Assembly: GCA_965247115.1 (NCBI GenBank)
Contig: CBDFGR010000002.1
Span: 736,001-800,000 of the forward strand
DNA length: 64,000 nt
Origin: Myxococcota bacterium
GTDB lineage: Bacteria > Myxococcota_A > UBA9160 > SZUA-336
Direction: 5' to 3'
This document shows positions 31,400 to 40,040 of the stretch, piece by piece (position 1 is the first letter of the stretch; every line of letters begins with the position of its first letter). The translations under genes were made by a program, and so were the position numbers. The notes beneath the pieces were generated by a model, which was not told the DNA's origin, did not search any database, and worked only from the letters and a program-made list of their open reading frames with translations.

Positions 31400-31518
31400 A
31401 TGGCGGACAAGCAAATCACTGCTCTGATCGTTCCACAGGGCAAGATACTCGACTTCATCGACAACAAGCTCCGAAAGGAGACACCGGAAGAGTACGTCCG
31501 GCAGGAGATCGAGAAATC
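31400..31518 (+). pseudogene. N-terminal fragment of an HsdR_N/N-6 methylase-type restriction protein
   Basis: GKILDFIDNKLRKETPEEYVRQ. Confidence 0.6.
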
Positions 31519-31800
31519 GCCTGCAGGCTTCTTGAGATCTTCGATGCAGACCAATGTGATATCGCAGTGCTGGTGACTGGCGACACGGATCTAGCCCCTG
31601 CCGTGCGGACTGCCCAAGCTCTCTATCCTGAGAAATCGATCTTCTTCGCATTCCCCTTCGCAAGACAGAACCAAGAACTCCAAAAGCTGATCCCGGGACA
31701 CACGTTCAAGCTTAAGTACCCTCGCTATCTCCAGCACCAGTTCCCCGATCCACTGGTGCTACCAGGAGGCCGCGCGCTCACAAAACCCGCACGCTGGTAG
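31516..31800 (+). pseudogene. C-terminal fragment of an NYN-domain ribonuclease
   Basis: IACRLLE...CDIAVLVTGDTDLAPAV...FAFP...QFPD...KPARW. Confidence 0.7.
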
Positions 31801-31822
31801 AACTGGCCTGTGCGCTAAGTAC

Positions 31823-33502
31823 CTAGTTCCGAGAGTCCTCGACCGCTACGCGCTCTTCCGCTTCCCCCTTTCCGCGCTTCTTGGCGCCCTTGCGCTCGGA
31901 GCGGACTCGGCCGTGAGGCTTCTCCGCCGGGAGGTCGAGCTGAACGTGGTCGATCGGAGCTCTCTGGGCTTGCAAGTAGGGGAGATAAACCGGGGGAAGC
32001 CCGGGTCTTTCGTTCTGAAGCAACTGCTCCACTGTCACGACCTGGATCTTCGGGAAGGGCTGCCCGGTCATCGGCCAGCTGTAGGTCCCGGCAGCGTCTG
32101 CAGCCCGGGTCATCCCGGGTGTGGGTTCCCTCATAAGGATCAAGACTCCGAGCTGTGCATCCTCCGCGGTAAGCGTCCCGTGGAGTTCTCGAACCATCGC
32201 CGGCCCTATGTTCTCTCCTCCTTTGACTGAGACGATTCCCAACCCAAATTCGCCCTCCGGAAGGTCGAATCGTAGTCGGCCGTCGACACCTTCATCACCC
32301 ACTTGCTTGTCGTTTGCCTGAGCCTTCAATCGGGTGACTGCCCAGGTCTCAAAGTCGAACCTGTTCTTCTCCCAAAGGGCACAAGCACCGGCTAGATCTT
32401 TCGGCTTGCCGGCGACCCCATAAGAATCCGAGATCGTGGAGCCATATCGGTCATGCAATCGAGTCTCGATTACATCGATCGCGAGATAGGCGATGTCGAT
32501 TCCGATCCACGTTCGACCTAGGGCCTGCGCCGCATCAATCGCCGTCCCACATCCGCAGAACGGATCAAGGACCGTATCGCCCTCATCACTACATGCGCGT
32601 ATGATCCTTTCGAGGAGAGCGAAAGGCTTCTGTGTCGGGTAGCCGAGACGCTCCTTCGAACTGTTGTTGAGCTTGTCGATTTCCCATACGTCATCGACGG
32701 GCCGCCCCTCCAGCATTGCATCTGCCACGTAGCGCTTGATGCGTTTCCCACCGCCAGCATCCGATAGGACGTAGTCACCATGTTCGTCGTGTCGCAACTT
32801 CTGCTTCCGAACCTTCAGATACTCCTCCTGACTCTCCCAAGGGATGCCATAGCCATTGAATCGCTGAGCGTCCCCAAGCGCGTAGAAGAGCAAGACATCG
32901 TGCCGACGCTCAAAGTGGTGCGCCAGCCGTTTGTTCCACCCGGAGTAGTGCCAGATGATCTCGTTTCGGAAGCAACGCGCACCGAAGACGGCATCCATGA
33001 GTACTTTGAGATAGTGACTTGCCCCGGGGTCGCAGTGAAGCACGATCGAGCCAGTGGGCTTCAACACTCTTCGGAGCTTTATCAGCCGCGGAGCCATCAT
33101 GGCCAAGTACGCCATCATGTCCTGCTTCTTCAGGAACCTCTTGAAGGCGTATAGGCGCTCAGCGACTTCACCGCCCTCTGCAACGCCGAGTTCGAAGGCC
33201 TCCGCTGCGCTCGGTGTCCATCGCCAGGTGTCTTCGAACGCCCGTCTCTGGGCAGATGATCTTCGCCCTGAGGGATCTAAGAAAAACTGGTTGTAGTCCT
33301 GCTTGCTATTGAACGGCGGGTCCAGATAGACAAGATCGACCGATGCCTTGCGGATCTCAGGGAGGACTTCGAGGTTGTCGCCGTAGTAGAGGACGTTGGG
33401 ACTCGCGGGCTCGAGATCCAGCTCGAAGTCCGTCTGTGTGCCCGCAGCGTCTCGCGCGACACCGCGCCGGGTCGCCCTCTTTCGCTTCCGTGAAGTTGCC
33501 AT
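31823..33502 (-). CDS. Beta-class N6/N4 DNA methyltransferase with C-terminal Mrr-like domain
   Basis: LYYGDNL, YLDPPFNS, GYPTQKP, DPFCGCGT; C-terminal DEGVDG...VSVKGG. Confidence 0.9.
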   Translation of the reverse strand: MATSRKRKRATRRGVARDAAGTQTDFELDLEPASPNVLYYGDNLEVLPEIRKASVDLVYLDPPFNSKQDYNQFFLDPSGRRSSAQRRAFEDTWRWTPSAAEAFELGVAEGGEVAERLYAFKRFLKKQDMMAYLAMMAPRLIKLRRVLKPTGSIVLHCDPGASHYLKVLMDAVFGARCFRNEIIWHYSGWNKRLAHHFERRHDVLLFYALGDAQRFNGYGIPWESQEEYLKVRKQKLRHDEHGDYVLSDAGGGKRIKRYVADAMLEGRPVDDVWEIDKLNNSSKERLGYPTQKPFALLERIIRACSDEGDTVLDPFCGCGTAIDAAQALGRTWIGIDIAYLAIDVIETRLHDRYGSTISDSYGVAGKPKDLAGACALWEKNRFDFETWAVTRLKAQANDKQVGDEGVDGRLRFDLPEGEFGLGIVSVKGGENIGPAMVRELHGTLTAEDAQLGVLILMREPTPGMTRAADAAGTYSWPMTGQPFPKIQVVTVEQLLQNERPGLPPVYLPYLQAQRAPIDHVQLDLPAEKPHGRVRSERKGAKKRGKGEAEERVAVEDSRN

Positions 33503-33759
33503 CGTTACGAATCCCTTACAGGATGAACGGATGCGGGGGAGAGCGCATGAATGGCGGCATTCATATCGCACGCGGTTACCCGAGGCGCAACACCTTGGTG
33601 TCGCAATACTCAGAGGAAGCCTGCATCTTGTAGGGCCAAACCTTCGTAGTACAACATGCGCAGGTGCCGAGTGCGTCCAGCCCGCACGGAAGGGCACTAA
33701 GACCGCTGGCCTCATCCCGACAGGTCGAGCTGGAGCTCGCGCGGGTGTGGCGACTGTGA

Positions 33760-33875
33760 GCCGGGAGGGCGGCTCGGGAAGCGAAGCGCTGGGGCTTCGA
33801 GCGCATCATCACGTACACCCTTGAGTCAGAAGCGGCCACGTCGCTCAAGGCTTGCCGGTGGACGCCGACGGTGTG
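33760..33875 (+). pseudogene. Fragment of an XF1762-like phage protein
   Basis: AKRWGFERIITYTLESEAATSLKACRW. Confidence 0.45.
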
Positions 33876-33959
33876 ATTCGGGGAGGGTCGTGGAACTTGC
33901 AAGCGACGATGGGAAAGGGAGCCCGCTACCTGTCGGTAGTCCGCGATCTGAAAGTCTCG

Positions 33960-34015
33960 TTGATTTACACCTTGACAATAGACTCCGAATTGTTGATAAT
34001 CAGAGTGTAAATCAA
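33960..34015 (+). promoter_or_regulatory. Sigma70 promoter bracketed by an 11-bp inverted repeat
   Basis: TTGACA(33972)-17 bp-GATAAT(33995); ttgatttacac / gtgtaaatcaa on either side; AAGGAG Shine-Dalgarno. Confidence 0.75.
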
Positions 34016-34027
34016 GGAGTGCAGACA

Positions 34028-34459
34028 ATGCAGATCAGGGAGATAGAAATCCGCTATCGAGTCCGGGGAGAGGTCGAGGATCAGCTGCGGAATTCGGCGC
34101 AGGTCGCCGCCGCCGTTCGGCGCATCGTGGGTCACGACCCGAGGGAGCACCTCTGCGTGCTCTACATCGACGCGCGCCACAGGATATTGGACGTGGAGAT
34201 CGTCTCGATTGGGACCCTGACCCAGTCCCTCGTCCATCCCCGCGAGGTCTTCCGTACAGCGATCCACCGCTCCGCTCGTGGCATCATCATCGCGCATCAG
34301 CACCCGTCAGGAGATCCGACACCATCCGACGAAGACTACGAGGTCACACAGCGGCTGATCGATGCGGGCAGCATCCTCGGCATCGAGGTCCTCGATCACG
34401 TGGTCGTCACGACCAGAGACTTCACATCGCTGCGGGAGCAGCACCCCGACTGGTTCTGA
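34028..34459 (+). CDS. RadC-like JAB-domain protein
   Basis: VHPREVF, AHQHPSGDPTPS.ED, LDHVVV. Confidence 0.92.
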   Translation: MQIREIEIRYRVRGEVEDQLRNSAQVAAAVRRIVGHDPREHLCVLYIDARHRILDVEIVSIGTLTQSLVHPREVFRTAIHRSARGIIIAHQHPSGDPTPSDEDYEVTQRLIDAGSILGIEVLDHVVVTTRDFTSLREQHPDWF

Positions 34460-34560
34460 TTAGGCTCGATGGCTCGCCGGGGAAGGCAGGGCTACCGGTG
34501 GCCCTTTTGATTTGCAGATGGTAATTCTTACGCTAGGAGTGCTAGAAGAGAGGGGAGAGC

Positions 34561-34791
34561 ATGAGAGGCGGGCAGACGATGGGGGGCGAGTACCCGAAGC
34601 CGCGGGGTGGCCTAGTGGACGCCGCAGCTGGATCGGAACTCCGGAAACCAGGAGAGAGCTATGCTGCCGCAATCAAGCGCCTGGGGCGCGAAATCATCGA
34701 GCTAGAGCTCGAGGCGGCAGGCGGAGATCGGAAGCGCACGGCGCGCGCTCTACGCCTCACGATCGAAGAGCTCGAGGAAGAGCTCCGCTAG
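34561..34791 (+). CDS. Small hypothetical protein, possible Fis-like HTH
   Basis: Shine-Dalgarno present; LEAAGGDRKRTARALRL resembles a Fis-type HTH. Confidence 0.45.
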   Translation: MRGGQTMGGEYPKPRGGLVDAAAGSELRKPGESYAAAIKRLGREIIELELEAAGGDRKRTARALRLTIEELEEELR

Positions 34792-34802
34792 GGAAGGGCC
34801 CC

Positions 34803-35015
34803 GTGGGGACGAAGAAGGCGAGGCGCGGTGGAAACCGGCCGGGTGCGGGGAGGCCTCCAAAGCACCCGAGCGGACGGAGCGAGCAGGTGAGCATTCAGCT
34901 GCCGCCGCCCGTACTCGGTGCATTGCGCAAGGAGGCTGAGGCGCAGGGGAGGAGCCTTTCGGACATCGGGGCAGAGATCCTCGAGCGGAGCCTGAAGCGG
35001 CGCGGACGGCTCTAA
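34803..35015 (+). CDS. Small DNA-binding protein (AT-hook-like plus ribbon-helix-helix)
   Basis: RGGNRPGAGRPPK; VSIQLPP....L...A...GRSLS. Confidence 0.6.
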   Translation: MGTKKARRGGNRPGAGRPPKHPSGRSEQVSIQLPPPVLGALRKEAEAQGRSLSDIGAEILERSLKRRGRL

Positions 35016-35120
35016 GGATGCGACCCGCGCGTGTCGCTTGTGAACTGGAGGAGTATCCCGAACCCTTGTGCGCTCCTTGCGATTTGGCAGCTCCATCACG
35101 GCCCGTGGTAGCCTGACCGT

Positions 35121-35200
35121 ATGACCCCGGACGAGCCCGCGCGTCCCAACATCCTCTACTACGGTGACAACCTCGACGTACTCCGGCGGTACGTGAAGGA
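35121..35200 (+). pseudogene. N-terminal fragment of a DNA methyltransferase
   Basis: PNILYYGDNLDVL matches PNVLYYGDNLEVL of the intact MTase at 31823-33502. Confidence 0.75.
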
Positions 35201-35240
35201 AAGGACGAGGTGGCTGGAGGCGACTCGGGAGCTGATTAGA

Positions 35241-35308
35241 GAAAACCCGGGGATGCACGCATCCCCGGGGTGCCAATTGAAAAACCCCGGGTTGCACGCA
35301 ACCCGGGG
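35241..35308. repeat. Two tandem perfect 11-bp-arm palindromes
   Basis: cccggggatgc-ac-gcatccccggg and ccccgggttgc-ac-gcaacccgggg, period 39 bp, each preceded by gaaaa. Confidence 0.85.
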
Positions 35309-35468
35309 GGGTCAAAGAGTGCCGGCATGCTGAGTATCGGCAGTCTCATTGGGAAAATCAATGCGAAAAGCGGCCTTCTTCATCGACGGAAGCACGGTGA
35401 GGCGGTAGAGTCGGCCTTGCTCCCCGAGGAAGAGGCTAAGATACACGATACGACCACGGCGTTGGCGC

Positions 35469-36134
35469 ATGAAAAGAGACACGAAGATGTCCAACTGCCC
35501 ACCTTTTTTGATCCTGCTACTCATGCCGCTGCTTGCGGCCTGCATCACCAACACGCGCGAGAACGACTTCCCGCGCGCAACGCTGCTGGGCGTCGATTCG
35601 CCGCCGTCGATCGAGACCGCGGTGACGGACTTCAACGCGCACCTGGATGGCGGCAAGCTAGTCAGCTCCCATGCCCAGGGGCGCCTCCAGTTTTCACAGA
35701 TGACCCGACGCTGGCAGAAGCGGGGTGCAATTTCGGGTGCGGAGTTTCGGCGCGACGAAGATTGGACGGGCGAGTCCGATTCGTATGTGGTGATGTCTGG
35801 ACGGCAAGTGGGACGTTCGAGTATCGCTCTGCAGATCCTCTCGGGGCTGACGCTGACGCTGATTCCGTACTACGTCGACACCACGAGCGAGCTGGAGTTC
35901 AAGCGGCAGGATGCAGCGACAGGCGAAGTGACCGCCGCTCACGCGAAGATGCGCACGTACCAACTGGTATCGCTGCTGTTCTTGCCGTTCGCGCCCTTCA
36001 GCCTGGCGGGCGATATCCGCCAGGCGAACATGCTTGCGGACAGCGTCTATTGCCAGCTATGGCGTGGGGAGGGCTGCGAGTCCGCCGAGCCCGGCTCCAA
36101 GGGATGGAGGGTCGAGCCACGAGCAGCGGATTGA
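35469..36134 (+). CDS. Hypothetical lipoprotein
   Basis: Lipobox LAAC; LSGLTLTLIP hydrophobic segment. Confidence 0.7.
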   Translation: MKRDTKMSNCPPFLILLLMPLLAACITNTRENDFPRATLLGVDSPPSIETAVTDFNAHLDGGKLVSSHAQGRLQFSQMTRRWQKRGAISGAEFRRDEDWTGESDSYVVMSGRQVGRSSIALQILSGLTLTLIPYYVDTTSELEFKRQDAATGEVTAAHAKMRTYQLVSLLFLPFAPFSLAGDIRQANMLADSVYCQLWRGEGCESAEPGSKGWRVEPRAAD

Positions 36135-36222
36135 CATCCACCCAAGGCATTTGGACTTAGTAGGAAGGGCGTTGCGCGGGACCCCATCGAGGACCCTGCG
36201 GAGATAAAGCGCATCCTCAAGG

Positions 36223-36534
36223 CCGCTCGGGAACATCGACACGCCTGAGGACGACGAGGTCGGCTACTACCAGGCGGCCGAGGCGCTCCGCCAGATGGCC
36301 GAAGACAGAGCGATCTACTTGGTCTACGAAAACCCCTACACGCTGAGCCGCGGCCGCTTCGGGCGACTCCTCGCGTACCCCTACGCGGACGGCGTGAACC
36401 TGAACCTGGAGATGGTTCGAGCCGGCTGGACGCCGTTCTACACGAAGTACGGTGTGGGCCGCTTCCCGGCCGCGTTCATGCAGGCGGAGGCGGAGGCAGC
36501 GCGGGCGCGCCGCGGGCTCTGGTCTCATCAGTGA
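36223..36534 (+). pseudogene. Thermonuclease (SNase) fragment lacking the N-terminus
   Basis: IDTPE, FGRLLAY, NLEMVRAG, ARRGLW; in-frame TAA at 36205. Confidence 0.75.
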
Positions 36535-36568
36535 GGGTCCCGACAGCCTGCGGAGGCGACGCAGCTGA

Positions 36569-37087
36569 TTAGTGAGAAGGTCGCCTGTACAGGTACTCGA
36601 ACACGGCCCGCACTATCCAGAGCACAAGCCAGATACCCGCGACGGTCCCCCCGGCCGCCTTCGAGACGAAGGCCATCATGAAGGCAGCAAAGGCGAGAAC
36701 ACCGACTCCTAGATAGAGGTTGTGCTTCTGGCCGATCGTCTGAAGGCCTCGAACCTCCTTTTGGTCGGCGACCTGAGCCTCGAGTTGGAGCTTCTCCATC
36801 GCCCGAGCGTGCTCTCCGTTGGCGCGGAACTCATCGTGAATGGCCTCAGCGAACTCCGGAAAGGCGTCCTTATAGCCGCGCATCTGCTCAGGAGAAGGCA
36901 TGTGGGCCCACTCCAATACGGCCTCACCACTGCCATCCTCGCTTCTGCGGACCCCAAGTCGTCCACCCGGTCCGCGTAGCCCTTGATCGACCGGTTGCTG
37001 CTCGGGCGGAGGAGGTACGAGCTCCGCCGTCTCTACAGCAGGCTCATCGACGACGCCTTCTTCGGAGTCAGCCCGCTCGTCCGGCAT
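36569..37087 (-). CDS. DUF2335-like membrane protein
   Basis: MPSPEQMRGY....P..A..I......GEH followed by two TM helices. Confidence 0.65.
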   Translation of the reverse strand: MPDERADSEEGVVDEPAVETAELVPPPPEQQPVDQGLRGPGGRLGVRRSEDGSGEAVLEWAHMPSPEQMRGYKDAFPEFAEAIHDEFRANGEHARAMEKLQLEAQVADQKEVRGLQTIGQKHNLYLGVGVLAFAAFMMAFVSKAAGGTVAGIWLVLWIVRAVFEYLYRRPSH

Positions 37088-37914
37088 ATGCGGGGAGACT
37101 CGCTAAGGGGACTTCGGGGTGTTGCTCGGCGGCTGCCCGAAAGGCCGCTGCCGCCTGCTGTCCGGTCTGCCGTAGAGTGGCATGCGTATCCGACCAGGCA
37201 TTGATCACGCTCGCACGTGACACGAACTCGAGACCGGGCGGATCGAAGTACAGGGGACTAAACAGCATGGCTCCTCCAGAGAGCCACGCCCGTCGCCTAT
37301 TCGCTCGTCGCAGACCAGACATGGGGGTCACATCCAGCGGGGGATCGAAAGTTGCTGCTTGGTTCGTCGAGAAGATACACGTACTGGGCGAGGTCACGGA
37401 CCTGCGTCCGATCCTGACAGATCGAGACGCTCCTGGTCTTGCGACGGCGCGGCGCTCAGCGCGCTTGGGCATACAGACTCCCCGTGGGCCACGATGCTCG
37501 GCCCGTCTCCCCTCGATACCGTCTCTTCGGCAGATTGGGCCTAGCGAGTGAGCGGAGTGTAGCACGGCCGCCAAGGGCTCTTCGTGGCGATTTCGCTTCA
37601 TCTCATCAGGAGATTTCCCCTTTGGCTGCCGGGGTTTTGCGCGTCTGTGAATGGACTGGGTGGCATTCCCTATATCGCCACGACAGCCCTGCAAAAAGTG
37701 GGCGGGATCGCCCTGGCCGACAAGGGCAGCAAACGCCGCAGACCTGCGCATTTGGTTCTTGTTTTCTCTCCTCATATGAGGTGGAAAAAGAGGAACCACC
37801 CGGGTGGTTGGGGCCATGAGTGCACGAAAGCTCGCACCATCCGCGCTCAAGGTTGTCTAGCCAGCCCGCACGGCAGGGCACTAAGACGGAACTAGGTACT
37901 TAGCGCACAGGCCA

Positions 37915-39322
37915 GGGTGACGTCCGGGGTTTGCTGGAAACAAAGGGGGGATGCAACCTCGCGTGAATCAAACAAAACCCGCCGGACCTTCCGGCCACGC
38001 GAGGAGACATCCCCTTGGCAACGAGAGTACTGAGCAGCGAGAGGACGAGCCAGAAGATCCGTGAGCTGATCCAGGAGCTGGAGGAAGGAGACGGCCTGGA
38101 GGGGCTGCTCCAGCTCGCGATGCGCAAGATCATCGAGGAGGCGCTGGAAGCCGAGGTCAGCGATGTCCTGGGCCGAGGCCACTACGCGCGGCGACGCGAG
38201 GGGCAAAAGGGCTACCGCAATGGATCGCGACCGGCGCGGGTGAAGAGCGCCGAAGGTCCGATCGAGTACCGGGCTCCGCAGGTGAGCGACACCGACGAAC
38301 CCTTCCGTTCCGGGATCCGTCCCGAACTCGAGAAGCGGACGCGCGCCCTGGAAGAGCTGGCGGTGGAGATGTACGCGAGAGGACTCTCGACCCGCGACAT
38401 CGAGGCCACCTTTCGAGGCGAGGACGGACGGTCCTTGCTTTCGCGGACAGCCGTGAGTGAGGTCACGGAGCAGCTCTGGGAAGAGTACGAGGCCTTTGCG
38501 ACCCGGGACCTCTCCGAGTTCAAGCTCCTGTACCTGTTCGTGGATGGCGTCGCCGAGCGCCTGCACACCGGTCAGCGTCGCGAGATGGTGCTGTGTGCCT
38601 GGGGCATCACCGACGAGGGCGAGAAGGTTCTCCTGCACCTGAGTCCGGGCACGAAGGAGGACACGGCGAGTTGCACGGCCTTCTTCCAGGACCTCAAACG
38701 TCGCGGCCTCGAGGATCCGCTCCTCGTCGTCACGGATGGAGCCCCCGGTCTGATCCGCGCGGTCGAGGAGTGCTTTCCCCGGGCGGAGCGACAACGCTGT
38801 TTGGCCCATCGGATGCGCAACCTCGCCTCCAAGATCTCCGAGCCCGACTGGCCGGAGTTTCGCGCCCACGCCAAGGCCTGTTACGAGGGACCCTCGCAAG
38901 AGGTCGCTCGTCTCCTGCGCGACGACCTGGTCCGACGCTACGAGAAGACGTTACCTACGGCCGTGCAGTGCTTCATGGATGATTTTGAAGCCTGCATCGC
39001 CCACTTGCGCTTCCCGGTAAAACACCGTCGCGTGATTCGGACGACGAACTTACTCGAGCGCCTCTTCCTCGAAGAGCGCCGTCGCATGAAGGCGGTCGTA
39101 CACGCCTTCGGAGAGCGTGCGGTCTTGAAGCTGATGTATGCTGCGTTGATCCGGAGCGCCGAGTCCTGGCGGGGCATCGCGATCAGCGCCTTTGAAGCCC
39201 GACAGCTCTCTGTGATTCGGGAAGAGCTTGACCAGAACCACGAACGCCGTCAGGCTCCCGCCATCCCGTCACGCGAAGCCAATCCCCGGTCCCGCGTTTC
39301 CAGCAAGAACCGGACGTGACCC
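37915..39322 (+). mobile_element. IS256-family insertion sequence
   Basis: 27-bp IRs gggtgacgtccggggtttgctggaaac / gggtcacgtccggttcttgctggaaac; flanks not duplicated. Confidence 0.9.
38015..39319 (+). CDS. IS256-family (mutator) transposase
   Basis: GYRNG, MYARGLSTRDI, LFVDG, VTDGAPGL, QRCLAH..RN, RTTNLLER. Confidence 0.95.
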   Translation: MATRVLSSERTSQKIRELIQELEEGDGLEGLLQLAMRKIIEEALEAEVSDVLGRGHYARRREGQKGYRNGSRPARVKSAEGPIEYRAPQVSDTDEPFRSGIRPELEKRTRALEELAVEMYARGLSTRDIEATFRGEDGRSLLSRTAVSEVTEQLWEEYEAFATRDLSEFKLLYLFVDGVAERLHTGQRREMVLCAWGITDEGEKVLLHLSPGTKEDTASCTAFFQDLKRRGLEDPLLVVTDGAPGLIRAVEECFPRAERQRCLAHRMRNLASKISEPDWPEFRAHAKACYEGPSQEVARLLRDDLVRRYEKTLPTAVQCFMDDFEACIAHLRFPVKHRRVIRTTNLLERLFLEERRRMKAVVHAFGERAVLKLMYAALIRSAESWRGIAISAFEARQLSVIREELDQNHERRQAPAIPSREANPRSRVSSKNRT

Positions 39323-39495
39323 TATCGCTCGCCAGCCGACCGGTCCTTCCGGTCATGACAGTTGAGCTAGGATCGGCTGGCCCGAAGCACCCGGACGTGT
39401 GACCATCTGTCTGGATCATTTTGTGCCCACGTACTATCAAAGAATCGCAGGTCGAGTTTGCAAACAGCTAGTTTTTCGACACTTTCTGCCCTCAA

Positions 39496-39571
39496 GCCGA
39501 CGTAGCTCAGCTGGTAGAGCAGCTGATTCGTAATCAGCAGGTCAGCGGTTCGAGTCCGCTCGTCGGCTCCA
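39496..39571 (+). tRNA. tRNA-Thr (CGU)
   Basis: 76-nt cloverleaf; GCCGACG/CGTCGGC acceptor; anticodon loop TTCGTAA; GGTTCGAGTCC; CCA end. Confidence 0.97.
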
Positions 39572-39674
39572 GCGCTTCCAGGCACTTACGCCGGAGTCGC
39601 CCGCCCCTGGGACGCCGGAATGTAGCAACGGTGTAGCAACGGGGAGCACCTGTCCGCGCACAGCCGATGCCATC

Positions 39675-40040
39675 GTGGAGTCGCCGGAGCAGCTGCAGTT
39701 CATGCGCTGGCTCATGCACGCCGCCGCGCCCATGAAGCCCCGCGTGCCCGGCTTCAACAACGACATGGAGCGCTTCGCGGCCATAGAAGAGCTGCCCCTC
39801 TCGGACATCCGCTGTCCGACCCTGATCACGCACGGGACGGCCGACGGCGACGTACCGTTCAAGCACGCAGAGGACGCCTATCAGATCATCCCAGACTCCC
39901 AGCTCCACCGGATGGAGAACGGATGGCACCTATTGTGGCTGAGTGAGGGCGCAGACGAGATGGTCCGCAGACAGATCGAGTTCGTGAAGGCGCACTCCGA
40001 ATCGAGCCGAACGGTCAGCCAGCCCCGCGTCGGGGCGTAG
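39675..40040 (+). pseudogene. Alpha/beta hydrolase C-terminal fragment
   Basis: PTLITHGTADGDVP...GWH; no nucleophile elbow. Confidence 0.7.

Noticed and set aside
35241..35308. Possible mini CRISPR array
   Set aside because: Only two units, about 15 bp between them, and no cas genes in the window
37770..37810. Short palindromes cctcatatgagg and aaccacccgggtggtt
   Set aside because: No supporting context; could be chance
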